Shown in pieces: positions 1 through 7,865 of a stretch of 44,664 nucleotides of DNA. The stretch spans positions 1-44,664 of IMG/VR virus record IMGVR_UViG_3300002461_000491. One strand, given 5' to 3'. Each line of letters opens with the position of its first letter. The stretch's first letter is position 1. This DNA is from a virus. The notes under the pieces are model-generated. The model saw only the letters and a list, made by a program, of their open reading frames with translations, was not told the DNA's origin and made no database searches. The translations under genes were made by a program, and so were the position numbers.

Positions 1-94
1 GCAGCGCGTCACCACCAATGCGCACGCCACCGGGCAGCAGGTGCACGATGGGGCGGTGCTGCGGCGCAAGCCGGGCCGGCTTGGGCACCAGGGC
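1..94. repeat. Terminal direct repeat, copy 1 (circular-assembly overlap or terminal redundancy)
   Basis: Bases 1-94 (gcagcgcgtcaccaccaatg...ttgggcaccagggc) recur base for base as the last 94 bases of the window (44571-44664). Confidence 0.9.
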
Positions 95-125
95 CAGCGC
101 CGGGGGGGCGGCCGGTGCGGTGGTG

Positions 126-662
126 TCAGGCCCGGGCACGGCGCGGCTCCGGCGTGGGGTGCGGGCTGGCTTGCGGCTGGCCTGCGTCGTCCACGTAGTC
201 CTCGAGCCGGTGCAGCACCGTCATCAGCGCGGCCACCACGTCCATGGCTTCGCGGCGGATGTGGGCCATCTGCGCCAGGGTGAAGCGCTGCTCGCGCAGC
301 CCCTCGGCCAGCGCGGCGTGGAACTGGCCCGTCTCGGCCCCCATGTCGGCCAGCAGGGTCAGCAGCTCTTCGTCACTGGCCTGGGCCTGGGCGGTGGTGT
401 CGAACGTGGCCAGGCCAAAGGTGGCGGCCAGGGCCTGCACCACGCGCATGTCGCCGGTGATCTCGGTCACCAGCACCACATCACGCAGCGTGGGCTGGTT
501 GTGGCTGTCGTCGCCCGCCTCGGCCTTGTTGTAGAGCGTGCCGGGGCGCACGCCCATGCGGGCAGCCAGGCCGGGCACGTCGCCAGACAGGATCACCGCC
601 TGGTGGAAGGCCTCGAACACATCCAGCGCGTGCCGGCGCTGCAGTGCGTATTTCTTTCGCAT
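126..662 (-). CDS. Phage regulatory protein, CII (CP76-like) family
   Basis: 178-aa ORF with ATG at 662 preceded by AGGAG (6-nt spacer). The segment GVRPGTLYNKAEAGDDSHNQPTLRDVVLVTEITGDMRVV resembles the conserved core of CP76/CII-type regulators, recalled from memory. It lies in the early operon downstream of the bro-like gene. Confidence 0.5.
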   Translation of the reverse strand: MRKKYALQRRHALDVFEAFHQAVILSGDVPGLAARMGVRPGTLYNKAEAGDDSHNQPTLRDVVLVTEITGDMRVVQALAATFGLATFDTTAQAQASDEELLTLLADMGAETGQFHAALAEGLREQRFTLAQMAHIRREAMDVVAALMTVLHRLEDYVDDAGQPQASPHPTPEPRRARA

Positions 663-689
663 GGGTCGCTCCTGCTCGGGTTTTCATTG

Positions 690-712
690 GTGCCGGGCGC
701 GGGGGCCCGGCA
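690..712. other. GC-rich stem-loop between the bro-like and cII-like genes
   Basis: GTGCCGGGC gcggg GCCCGGCAC forms a perfect 9-bp stem with a 5-nt loop. No U-tract follows on the minus strand. Its function is unknown (attenuator or RNA-processing site). Confidence 0.5.
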
Positions 713-725
713 CAGTGGCGGCATG

Positions 726-1319
726 TCAGGGCTTGCCGCTGCCGCCGTTGTTGCCAACCTCACCCAAGGTCATCTGCGCCAGGCCCGGGCACAGGCCGGC
801 CAGCGGCTGCACGGGCAGGCCCACCCAGCGGGTGAGCTGGCGCAGCTGCGCATACAGCTGCTCTGCATAGCTGCGCGCACTGCTGCTGCCCAGCGTGCCC
901 AGCTCGCGGGCGATCAGCCGGCATTCCTTCATGTAGGCCAGCCGGGTGGCGTGGCTCAGCGGCTTCATCTGCTGGGGCACGTCCAGCCCGTCCAGCACAT
1001 CCAGCACCCAGCGGCGGAAGGCGGCCGCCACGGCGGTGCGCGCCAGCATGCCCAGCAGGTGCGCGCCGCGCAGGCTGAAGATGCGCACCTGCTGGCGGCC
1101 GCCGGCGGTGGGCAGCTCGACCACCTGGGTCATGTCTTCAGAGAACTCGGCCGCGTTGCGGGTGTAGAGGTTCTTGAAGTCCTGCGCCGGGTTCTTAAAC
1201 CCCAGGGCAGTTGCAACTTGCAACCCCCGCAACCAGACCTGCCCATGCAAGTCGATCACGTTGAACTCGGTGTCCTGAAACTGCAGCGTGACTGCGCCGC
1301 TAGCGTCGGGTTTGGTCAT
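726..1319 (-). CDS. BRO-N domain protein (antirepressor-like)
   Basis: From the ATG at 1319 the product starts MTKPDASGAVTLQFQDTEFNVIDLHGQVWLRGLQVATALGFKNP...FSLRGAHLLGMLARTAVAAAFRRWVLDVL, which matches the BRO-N pattern. The upstream 36 codons of the track ORF (to 1427) look non-coding. Confidence 0.7.
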   Translation of the reverse strand: MTKPDASGAVTLQFQDTEFNVIDLHGQVWLRGLQVATALGFKNPAQDFKNLYTRNAAEFSEDMTQVVELPTAGGRQQVRIFSLRGAHLLGMLARTAVAAAFRRWVLDVLDGLDVPQQMKPLSHATRLAYMKECRLIARELGTLGSSSARSYAEQLYAQLRQLTRWVGLPVQPLAGLCPGLAQMTLGEVGNNGGSGKP

Positions 1320-1361
1320 TGGTCGTTCCAATCGGTAGTGATGACGCCGCGCGTATTCACG

Positions 1362-1418
1362 AAAAAACGCAGTCATTGCGTAGTACGTGATGACAGCAGT
1401 GCGCGGCAAACTGCCGCG
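1362..1418 (-). terminator. Candidate terminator/attenuator between the Arc-like gene and the bro-like gene
   Basis: On the minus strand a 7-bp stem-loop (CGCGGCA..TGCCGCG, 1402-1418) sits just after the stop at 1424. A second stem-loop, ACGCA atgac TGCGT, follows and is trailed by TTTTT (1362-1381). The stems are short, so the call is weak. Confidence 0.3.
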
Positions 1419-1423
1419 TTTGG

Positions 1424-1612
1424 TCAAGGCACTACGGAAACGCTGGTGGTGATGGTTGCCGTCACAGCCTTGGCGCGTGACAAGCTTTCCTCAAGACGCA
1501 AACGCATCTCTTCGCTGCGTGATCGCCCAGCGCGACGCGCTGAAGCGTCCAGCTTTTTGATCAACGGATCAGGCATCCGGGCGATCACGGGGTGGTCGTA
1601 TTGCTTCTTCAT
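1424..1612 (-). CDS. Arc-type ribbon-helix-helix DNA-binding protein (62 aa)
   Basis: The internal ATG at 1612 gives MKKQYDHPVIARMPDPLIKKLDASARRAGRSRSEEMRLRLEESLSR, a beta-strand plus two helices typical of Arc/MetJ RHH repressors. The longer track ORF (to 1867) runs through the promoter region and has poor composition. Confidence 0.7.
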   Translation of the reverse strand: MKKQYDHPVIARMPDPLIKKLDASARRAGRSRSEEMRLRLEESLSRAKAVTATITTSVSVVP

Positions 1613-1640
1613 GGCTGCGGTCTCTGTAGTGCAATTGGCA

Positions 1641-1670
1641 ATAGTACACCGCGTACTACACAGAATGCAA
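1641..1670 (-). promoter_or_regulatory. Candidate sigma70-type promoter for the minus-strand early operon
   Basis: The minus strand reads TTGCAT (1670-1665), an 18-nt spacer, then TACTAT (1646-1641), about 30 nt upstream of the ATG at 1612. The inverted repeat at 1642-1658 overlaps the -10 element. Confidence 0.4.
1642..1658. promoter_or_regulatory. Operator-like inverted repeat in the divergent RHH intergenic region
   Basis: TAGTAC accgc GTACTA has perfect 6-bp arms and is nested inside TGTAGT (1625-1630) ... ACTACA (1655-1660). Related GTAGT(AC)GTGATGAC half-sites occur at 1335-1345 and 1380-1394, upstream of the bro-like gene. Confidence 0.5.
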
Positions 1671-1694
1671 TACCCGACAGATACAGTTGTATTC

Positions 1695-2018
1695 ATGAAG
1701 AACACAACGCTTCGGGACCTGCCGCCGTTCAGCATCCGGTTGCAACCGGAACTACGTGCCGCACTTGAAAGGGAAGCCGGAATCAACGGCCGCACGCTCA
1801 GCGCGGAAATCATCCGCAGGCTCAAGGCCAGCCTGGACGAACCCCCCATGTCAGCCGTAGAGGCCATGAACCGGGGGGAGTCGGCGTTTGAGGTTGCCGT
1901 GGGTGGTGTGGTCCACCGCGTTCAGCCCCGCAACGATGCCCACCGCATGCTGCTGGCGCTGTTCGATGCGATGGGGCCCGACAAGCAGCTGGCGCTGCTG
2001 ACGGTGCTCAAGCGATGA
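1695..2018 (+). CDS. Arc/Mnt-like ribbon-helix-helix repressor with C-terminal extension (107 aa)
   Basis: The ATG at 1695 gives MKNTTLRDLPPFSIRLQPELRAALEREAGINGRTLSAEIIRRLKASL, a close match to the Arc-domain pattern, plus about 55 further residues (Mnt-like length). It is divergent from the 1424-1612 gene. The upstream 560 codons of the 18..2018 track ORF are an antisense shadow. Confidence 0.7.
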   Translation: MKNTTLRDLPPFSIRLQPELRAALEREAGINGRTLSAEIIRRLKASLDEPPMSAVEAMNRGESAFEVAVGGVVHRVQPRNDAHRMLLALFDAMGPDKQLALLTVLKR

Positions 2019-2254
2019 AGGTCGACAAGCCCTGCCCCCACTGCGGCGCAGCAGTGGCAGTTGACGCAATCGAGCAGGGTCAGCTTTTGGTCGAAGTGCG
2101 GGTTGTCTGCAGCGGCTGTAGCCGAACCGGCTCAGCGCCGCTTGCCGGCATCCCTGCGGGCGCGGTCAATGCGAAGGGCAAGTTCTCGCCGGCCCAGGCC
2201 GCACTGATCGCCGCGCACCACGCGGCATTGCAGGATCTCGCCCAACGAAAGTGA
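2015..2254 (+). CDS. Small zinc-ribbon protein (CxxC...CxxC), function unknown
   Basis: 79-aa ORF whose ATG overlaps the preceding stop (ATGA at 2015-2018). It contains CPHC and CSGC pairs. Confidence 0.45.
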   Translation: MKVDKPCPHCGAAVAVDAIEQGQLLVEVRVVCSGCSRTGSAPLAGIPAGAVNAKGKFSPAQAALIAAHHAALQDLAQRK

Positions 2255-2375
2255 ATGCCGCCTGCCCAGGCGGAACAGCAGGCGCACGCGGCGGGTGAAC
2301 TCTGCCGGCTGCACCGCGTTGCCCAGCGTGCGCTGAACGATCCTCCGGGCCTGTTGCAGACCGGCGCGGGCTTGC

Positions 2376-2534
2376 CTAGATGCAAGCCTTGGGGTCGGCC
2401 TGGCAGGCAGGCGGGCGCACATCCTGGTCGGGCTCGTCTTCGGCATCACCGCCCCCACAGCCGGCCAGCAGGGCCAGCAGGGCCATCACCAGCAGGCTGG
2501 CCAGCAGTGCCGGCAGGGTGTTGCATCGCGCCAT
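2376..2534 (-). CDS. Small lipoprotein (52 aa), candidate superinfection-exclusion or o-spanin-like protein
   Basis: Not in the ORF track because it is under 60 aa. ATG at 2534 is preceded by GGAG with a 7-nt spacer. The product is MARCNTLPALLASLLVMALLALLAGCGGGDAEDEPDQDVRPPACQADPKACI, with a signal peptide and an LLAGC lipobox. Confidence 0.6.
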   Translation of the reverse strand: MARCNTLPALLASLLVMALLALLAGCGGGDAEDEPDQDVRPPACQADPKACI

Positions 2535-2618
2535 GTGTTCGCTCCATCAAAGCGGCGCATGGTAGGCAGCGGCAGCCGGCGCGGCCGCATTGGTGGACAG
2601 GCGTGCAACGCGCGGGCA

Positions 2619-3092
2619 TCAGTCGGCCGGTGGCTCAGGCCACGTCACGGTGTGGGGGAAGCCCACCTGGTCGGGCACATCGCGCAGCGCGGCGCGGTAG
2701 GTGGCCCAGGCGGTGGGCACCGGCTCGGCCAGCTCGGTGGCGCGGGCCACCACCCAGTCGCAGGCGGCCAGGCGCTGGGTGCGGTCGGCGCGCACGTCAG
2801 CGGCCACGGCGGCCGTGGTGGGCGTGGGCACCCAGCGCCAGGTGGGCGCATCCCAGGCCCAGGTTTGCCAGCTGGTGTCGGGCGGGGCCGGGGGCTGGTA
2901 GGCCACCAGCTCGCCGGTGGGCAGGTCAATGCGCACGGCCTGGCTGTCGTGCTCACCGGCCAGTGCGCCGCAGCCCGGGGGCGTGCAGGCCAGCAGCTGG
3001 CTGGCGCTGTAGGGCACCAGCCGCACCCGCGCGCCGGTGAACACGCCGTCAGCCAGCAGGTAGAACGACCACCAGGCGGTTTCGGCGCTCAT
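2619..3092 (-). CDS. Tail fibre assembly protein / chaperone
   Basis: 157 aa with ATGA overlap to the upstream gene. The C-terminus RTQRLAACDWVV...AWATYRAALRDVPDQVGFPHTVTWPEPP matches the conserved DW...W..YR.aLRd.p...gFP..v.WP.pP motif of phage fibre-assembly proteins. It sits directly after the fibre genes. Confidence 0.6.
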   Translation of the reverse strand: MSAETAWWSFYLLADGVFTGARVRLVPYSASQLLACTPPGCGALAGEHDSQAVRIDLPTGELVAYQPPAPPDTSWQTWAWDAPTWRWVPTPTTAAVAADVRADRTQRLAACDWVVARATELAEPVPTAWATYRAALRDVPDQVGFPHTVTWPEPPAD

Positions 3093-3412
3093 CGCTTCTT
3101 CAGCACGCAGGTCATGCGCAGGTTCTTGAAGCCCACCGCGCCGATGGTGCCGTTGTAGGCGGTCTGCAGCCGCTCGGTCGACAGGGCCCAGCTGGCGCTG
3201 CCGCCGGGGTAATCAAACTCACTGGTCACCGTGGGTGTGGTGCGTTCAAGCGACGGCATGGCCACGCCGTTGACCACGCCCCGGTACAGCATGTTGGCGT
3301 TGCCGCTGGGAAAGCCCGCGTCCCGGCTGGTGCTGGTCTCGAACGTGCCTTCCAGCGTCACGATCAGCGTGCCGGCAAACGCCGATGAGAAGGTGCCTGA
3401 CAGGTGGGCCAT
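3089..3412 (-). CDS. Hypothetical beta-rich protein between the fibre and fibre-assembly genes (107 aa)
   Basis: ATG at 3412 (MAHLSGTFSS...), 8 nt after the fibre stop codon. Composition is Thr/Ser/Gly-rich. The stop overlaps the next start. Confidence 0.5.
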   Translation of the reverse strand: MAHLSGTFSSAFAGTLIVTLEGTFETSTSRDAGFPSGNANMLYRGVVNGVAMPSLERTTPTVTSEFDYPGGSASWALSTERLQTAYNGTIGAVGFKNLRMTCVLKKR

Positions 3413-3419
3413 GGGTGGG

Positions 3420-6400
3420 TCAGCTCGCGTTGCTCTCGAAGTGCCCGGTGGCGTCAAACAGCACCAAGATGTCGTGCACCGCGCCGCTGCTGATCTGCGC
3501 GGTGTTCACCGCGTCCAGCTGCGCCAGCGCGCCGGTGCTCAGGTTGGCGCCGGCCAGCCAAGAGCCCGCCACCCGCAGCCTGGTGACAGCGGGCGCGGCG
3601 CTGGTGTCTACCCACACATCGCCATCCACTGGGCTGCTGGGCGCCGTGGCGCTGTAGCTCACGCGGTTCACCGTGGCGTTGTCAGCCGGCCGGCCGCTGC
3701 CGCTCACCCCTGACCACAGTGATGTCAGCGCGGCCGCGTTGGCTTTGGCGGTTGCATCTGCCGCAGCGGCTGCCTCGGCCGCAATGCGGGCGGCATTGGC
3801 CTTGGTGGTGGCATCAGCAATGGCGCGGGCCTCTTCGTCGCTGACGATGCCGTCGGCATAGGCCTTGGCCGTCACCTCGGCCAGGCTGGCGCGGGCCTGG
3901 GCGTCAAGGGCTGCGGCTGTCTGCGCGGCGGTGTTGGCGGCATTGGCCTTGCTGGTGGCATCAGCCGCCGCAGCGGCCAGAGTGGCCACCACGATCTGGT
4001 TCAGCAGCGCCTGGCGGGTGGAATACACGGCCGCAAAACTGGCGCGGAACGTGGTGCCAGTGATCGGTGTGTCTTGGCTCAGGTCGTTCCAGGCGGGCCA
4101 CAGACTGTCCAGGTAGGTCGCCAGCGCGGTGATGGCGCTGTCGTAGGCCGACACCTCGGTGGTGATGCCGTAGGCCACCGCCCGCGCGTCAATGCCGGCC
4201 TGCTCGCCGGCAATTACCGTCCAGTCCAGGATCACGGCTGGCTTCTCGCCACGGGTTAGCACGTTGTCGCTGGCGATGTTGGCCAGCGCAGTGTTGGCGG
4301 TGTTGGCTGCGGTCTGGGCATTGCTTGCGGCGGTGGCTGCAGTGCTGGCTGCCGCCTGGGCCGCCACTACCTCGGTCACTTCCTCGAAGGTGAAGTCCTG
4401 CACCTCCCACCACCCGGACTGAAGGCTGTAGTTGTCAAGAAAATCAGGCCGTACATGCGTCACCCCCGCCTGCCAATCGCTGACATCCCATGTGAAGGAG
4501 TACTCCAGCCAGGCGTAGCTGCCGCCTGCAGCCGCCTCGTGCGCCGCGCGGCCGACGCCGCCGGGCTTGTAAGGCGATCGCCCGCCATTCACCGGTCCGA
4601 CATTGCCCACTGCATCGGTGAACTGCTGCAGGCTGAAGTACAACACGCCTGCGGCATCAGCAGACGGCCGCGCCCAGAACCGCGTGCGGTATGTCTTGCT
4701 CCGATCGATGGGCACATAGATGCCCATGTTCGGGTAGCCGCCGCCAAACAGCCGCAGCACTTCTGGCCCCACCTTGCCGTCGCTCACTGTGGCCAGCGGT
4801 TGGCCGGCCAGGGCCCACTGCGCAAATGGCAGGGCAAGGTTCTTGCCCCGCGTGGCGTTGTCCGCCGGCTTGCCCAGTCCAGTGATCGATGCCCACGCTG
4901 CCCGCGTGCCCGCCACCTGGGCCACCTTGTTCAGCAGAACCTGGCGCGCGCTGTACACGCCGGCAAACGCGGCCTGGAATGCGCTGCGGGTGATGGGCGT
5001 GTTCTGCGTCGTGTCGTCCCAAGCCGGCGTCAACCCGCCCAGGTAGCTGGCCAGGGCAGACACGGCGCTGTTGTAGGCGGTGCGCTCGGTGGTGATGTCG
5101 TAGGCCGCAGCCGCAGCGTCGATGCCCGCCTTCTCACCGGTGATGGCCGCGTGGTCGAGCTTGACGCGGGGCTTCTCTCCCCGGGTCAGCATGTTGTCGT
5201 TGGCGATGTCGCTCAGCGCGGCGTTGGCGGCGTCGGCGCTGTCTTGCGCAGCCTCGGCCGCGGCCAGGGCGGCCGCCGCGCCCACCGCGCTCAGGTCTGA
5301 CGGCGCAGCGGTGATCAGCGAGATCGACGCCCAGTCCCCCACCTTGCCCAGTGCGTTGGCCCAGCGTGCACGCACCAGGTAGTAGCGCCGGTCTTGCAGG
5401 CCCGGCAGCGCAATGCTGGTGTTGTTGGGCGCCACGTCGGCCAGGCGGCCCCAGGCGGTGTCAGCGGCCAGCCGCAGCTCGATCTGCAGGGCGCCACCCG
5501 TCAGCACGTAGGGGTCGGTGGTGGCGGCCCAGGCCAGCGTGGCGCGGCTGATCACGGTGCCGTCGTCGTCACGCACCACCACGCTTTCGTTGCTGGCGCC
5601 GGTCAGGCCCACCACCGGCTCCACCACCCACGGGTCTCGCGTGGGGGCGGTGGGTGACGGCAGCGGGCCCGGCGCGTCCACCAGGTCGTACATGCTGGCG
5701 TCATCCTGCACCAGCGTCATCATCACCGGCCCGCCAATGCGGAACTGCTTGCGCACCAGGCGGTAGATGGCGTTGTCCAGGTTCAGCAGGCTGTTGGTCA
5801 GGCTGACCCGCTGGCCCACACGCACCCGCAGTGCGCGCAGCTTGGCGGGGTACACGATCTGCTGGGCGCGCGATCGCTCCACCTGGATGCGCGCCAGCAT
5901 GGTGGTGCGCCAGTTGGTGTCGGTGAATGGCAGGTGCAACGTGCCCCACACCTCGCCACCGTCGGCCGTCACAAACGCGGCGTTGCTGTAGGGCGAGTAG
6001 TCGGTGCGCTGGCCAAACCGGTCCTTGTCGAAGAACTGTCCGCGCAGGCCGTTCACCATCTCTTGCCCGTCCGGGCACTCCACCACCTCCACGCTGCCCA
6101 TGTTGTCGGCATCGGTCAGGTACACGATGGCCGGCGACCCCCAGGCGCCGGCCTGCACATGCCACGCCCCGGTGAAGGTGGCAAACCCCGCCATGCTGTC
6201 AGCCAGGGCCACCAGGGTGTCGTCGGCGTCGGTGTCGGTGGTGAACGATCCGTTGCAGGTGTAGCGCGGGCCCGTCACCACCACGCCGGCGGTCAGCGTC
6301 ACCACCTCGTCGCACACGTTGGCGGCCGCGTCCACGCTGTCCCACAGCACCGCGTTGCTGGGCTGGCCCTTGCCGTACTCGGACACCAGAAAGTCGGCAA

Positions 6401-7370
6401 GGCACAGCGCCGGGTTGGCGCTCCAGACGGTGGTGTCGGTGCGGTGGTCGTACAGCTTCTTGCCGCGCAGCCTGGCCTGTATCAGCGGCGGGCCGCCTTG
6501 AAACTCTGGCTCGTCCAGCGTGAAGCGGAAGATGCTGTAGCACTTGCCGGCCAGCCTGTCGGTGCTGCTCCAGTCGCCCGGGCATTCGGTGATGGTCAGC
6601 GCGTCGGCCGCCTGGCCAGCGGTACCCAGGTAGCTGCGCACACGCACGCTGGCGTTGCTGCCCGTTGAACCGCCCCTGAAGAACTGCTGGAATGGCACGC
6701 GGTAGCTCACCCGCACCGTGCGGCCGGCCCACGCAGCCACATGCTCGGGCTTCACGGTCACCGTGGTGCCGCCTGACTCGATCACCTCGCTGCCAGGCAG
6801 TGTCACGTCCTGCGCAGTGGATCCGCTGCCTGTGGTGTAGCTCATGCCCAGCACCGACACCGGCACCTCGGGCAGGGTGCATGCGCCGCTGCCATCAAGC
6901 GTCACGGTGGCGGTCTCCAGGTCGGTGCCGGTCTTGAAGTACTTCCCGCTGGTGACATAGCCGTCACTGTCCAGCGCACCCAGCGGCACACCGGCCAGCA
7001 GCACATCGGGGATGCTGTGGCATTCATGGTCGGCCCACACCACCACCACGTGCTGGTACTGGTCGCGGTCGCCGCTGGTCAGCTGTGCCACCACGCGCCC
7101 GCCCACCACGGCCTCGCCGTACACCACCTGCCAGGGCGCGTTGGCGTCGGTGAAGGTCACCGTGCGGTCGGTCAGGCCGTCGTTGTAGGCGTTGCGTGCC
7201 CGCTTCTGGGCGCGGCGCTGCTTCACATGGCCGTGCACCAGCAGGCTGGCCGCTACCCAGGTGCCCAGCTTGATGCCGAGGAAGGTGGTGCCCAGAAAGC
7301 CACCGATGGCTGCACCCGCAGCACCAATGGCAGCACCCGCGCTGGCCAGGATGGGCAGTAGCACTGGCAT
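3420..7370 (-). CDS. Host-specificity / central tail fibre protein (lambda J-like, GTA g15-like), 1316 aa
   Basis: It is the largest ORF, has an ATG at 7370 and is last in the tail-tip set. The N-terminus is a Gly/Ala-rich hydrophobic segment followed by KQRRAQKRARN. The C-terminal half carries a duplicated module and Ala-rich coiled segments typical of fibres. Confidence 0.8.
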   Translation of the reverse strand: MPVLLPILASAGAAIGAAGAAIGGFLGTTFLGIKLGTWVAASLLVHGHVKQRRAQKRARNAYNDGLTDRTVTFTDANAPWQVVYGEAVVGGRVVAQLTSGDRDQYQHVVVVWADHECHSIPDVLLAGVPLGALDSDGYVTSGKYFKTGTDLETATVTLDGSGACTLPEVPVSVLGMSYTTGSGSTAQDVTLPGSEVIESGGTTVTVKPEHVAAWAGRTVRVSYRVPFQQFFRGGSTGSNASVRVRSYLGTAGQAADALTITECPGDWSSTDRLAGKCYSIFRFTLDEPEFQGGPPLIQARLRGKKLYDHRTDTTVWSANPALCLADFLVSEYGKGQPSNAVLWDSVDAAANVCDEVVTLTAGVVVTGPRYTCNGSFTTDTDADDTLVALADSMAGFATFTGAWHVQAGAWGSPAIVYLTDADNMGSVEVVECPDGQEMVNGLRGQFFDKDRFGQRTDYSPYSNAAFVTADGGEVWGTLHLPFTDTNWRTTMLARIQVERSRAQQIVYPAKLRALRVRVGQRVSLTNSLLNLDNAIYRLVRKQFRIGGPVMMTLVQDDASMYDLVDAPGPLPSPTAPTRDPWVVEPVVGLTGASNESVVVRDDDGTVISRATLAWAATTDPYVLTGGALQIELRLAADTAWGRLADVAPNNTSIALPGLQDRRYYLVRARWANALGKVGDWASISLITAAPSDLSAVGAAAALAAAEAAQDSADAANAALSDIANDNMLTRGEKPRVKLDHAAITGEKAGIDAAAAAYDITTERTAYNSAVSALASYLGGLTPAWDDTTQNTPITRSAFQAAFAGVYSARQVLLNKVAQVAGTRAAWASITGLGKPADNATRGKNLALPFAQWALAGQPLATVSDGKVGPEVLRLFGGGYPNMGIYVPIDRSKTYRTRFWARPSADAAGVLYFSLQQFTDAVGNVGPVNGGRSPYKPGGVGRAAHEAAAGGSYAWLEYSFTWDVSDWQAGVTHVRPDFLDNYSLQSGWWEVQDFTFEEVTEVVAAQAAASTAATAASNAQTAANTANTALANIASDNVLTRGEKPAVILDWTVIAGEQAGIDARAVAYGITTEVSAYDSAITALATYLDSLWPAWNDLSQDTPITGTTFRASFAAVYSTRQALLNQIVVATLAAAAADATSKANAANTAAQTAAALDAQARASLAEVTAKAYADGIVSDEEARAIADATTKANAARIAAEAAAAADATAKANAAALTSLWSGVSGSGRPADNATVNRVSYSATAPSSPVDGDVWVDTSAAPAVTRLRVAGSWLAGANLSTGALAQLDAVNTAQISSGAVHDILVLFDATGHFESNAS
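3996..4298 (-). repeat. Intragenic repeat, copy 2 (fibre aa ~1025-1125)
   Basis: TALANIASDNVLTRGEKPAVILDWTVIAGEQAGIDARAVAYGITTEVSAYDSAITALATYLDSLWPAWND...STRQALLNQ. The DNA (for example 4141-4300 against 5071-5230) is visibly similar. Confidence 0.8.
4926..5228 (-). repeat. Intragenic repeat, copy 1 (fibre aa ~715-815)
   Basis: AALSDIANDNMLTRGEKPRVKLDHAAITGEKAGIDAAAAAYDITTERTAYNSAVSALASYLGGLTPAWDD...SARQVLLNK aligns with copy 2 at both the protein and nucleotide level. Confidence 0.8.
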
Positions 7371-7379
7371 GTGGATCCC

Positions 7380-7865
7380 TTACACCCGCCAGGCGCGCAC
7401 AGCGCACGCCATGGGTGCCAACGCCAGCCCTGCAGGGCCTGGCGCCGCGGCGTCTTCGCCCAGGCACACGGCCAGCACGCACTGCAGGTCGGCGTCGGCA
7501 TCCAGGGTGTGGCGGGGTTGGGCGGGGGTGTCGGGCTGCAGCAGCACCACGTCACCGCGCTGGGCCAGGGCCGGCGGCACCGGCTGCAAGCCGGCGCGCG
7601 CCAGGGCTGCGGTGTAGCCGCCAATGCGGCGCAGCTGCCGGCGGGCCTGCAGCCTGGTGCGGCGCGTGCCGCGCAGCTCAGCCAGGGTGTCGCGGCCATG
7701 CAGTGCGGCCACTGCATCGGCCACCCAGGCGGCGCAGTCGTCATGGCCCCAGGCAAACGGGCGGGTGCCGCGCTGCGCGGCCCATTGGCCCAGGCGGGCT
7801 GGCCAGTCAGGCAGGCGCCGCGGCGGGCTGGGCTGCATGGGGCCGGCGATGTTGGGGCGGCTCAT
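7380..7865 (-). CDS. NlpC/P60-like tail-associated peptidase (GTA g14-like)
   Basis: 161 aa. The motif PFAWGHDDCAAWVADAV...ALAQRGDVVLL resembles phage cell-wall peptidases of the NlpC/P60 type. It lies immediately upstream of the J-like gene. Confidence 0.55.
   Translation of the reverse strand: MSRPNIAGPMQPSPPRRLPDWPARLGQWAAQRGTRPFAWGHDDCAAWVADAVAALHGRDTLAELRGTRRTRLQARRQLRRIGGYTAALARAGLQPVPPALAQRGDVVLLQPDTPAQPRHTLDADADLQCVLAVCLGEDAAAPGPAGLALAPMACAVRAWRV

Noticed and set aside
1-94. Terminal repeat as an IS/transposon end or LTR
   Set aside because: The copies are direct, sit exactly at the two window edges and interrupt no gene order. That is the signature of a circular-assembly overlap rather than a mobile-element boundary.
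18-1694. N-terminal 559 codons of the 666-aa plus-strand ORF 18..2018
   Set aside because: Only the last 107 codons, from the ATG at 1695, look like a protein (Arc/Mnt-like). The rest is antisense to the cII-like, bro-like and Arc-like genes and has shadow-ORF composition.
2255-3040. 261-aa plus-strand ORF, and the other R/P/G/A-rich ORFs across 2080-3160
   Set aside because: They have shadow-frame composition. The region is better explained by the minus-strand lipoprotein ORF (2376-2534) and the fibre-assembly gene (2619-3092).
3423-5273. Fibre repeats as the template/variable repeats of a diversity-generating retroelement
   Set aside because: No reverse transcriptase or Avd-like gene exists anywhere in the genome. 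The two copies differ at all base types rather than at adenine-specific positions, and both are in-frame parts of the same ORF.
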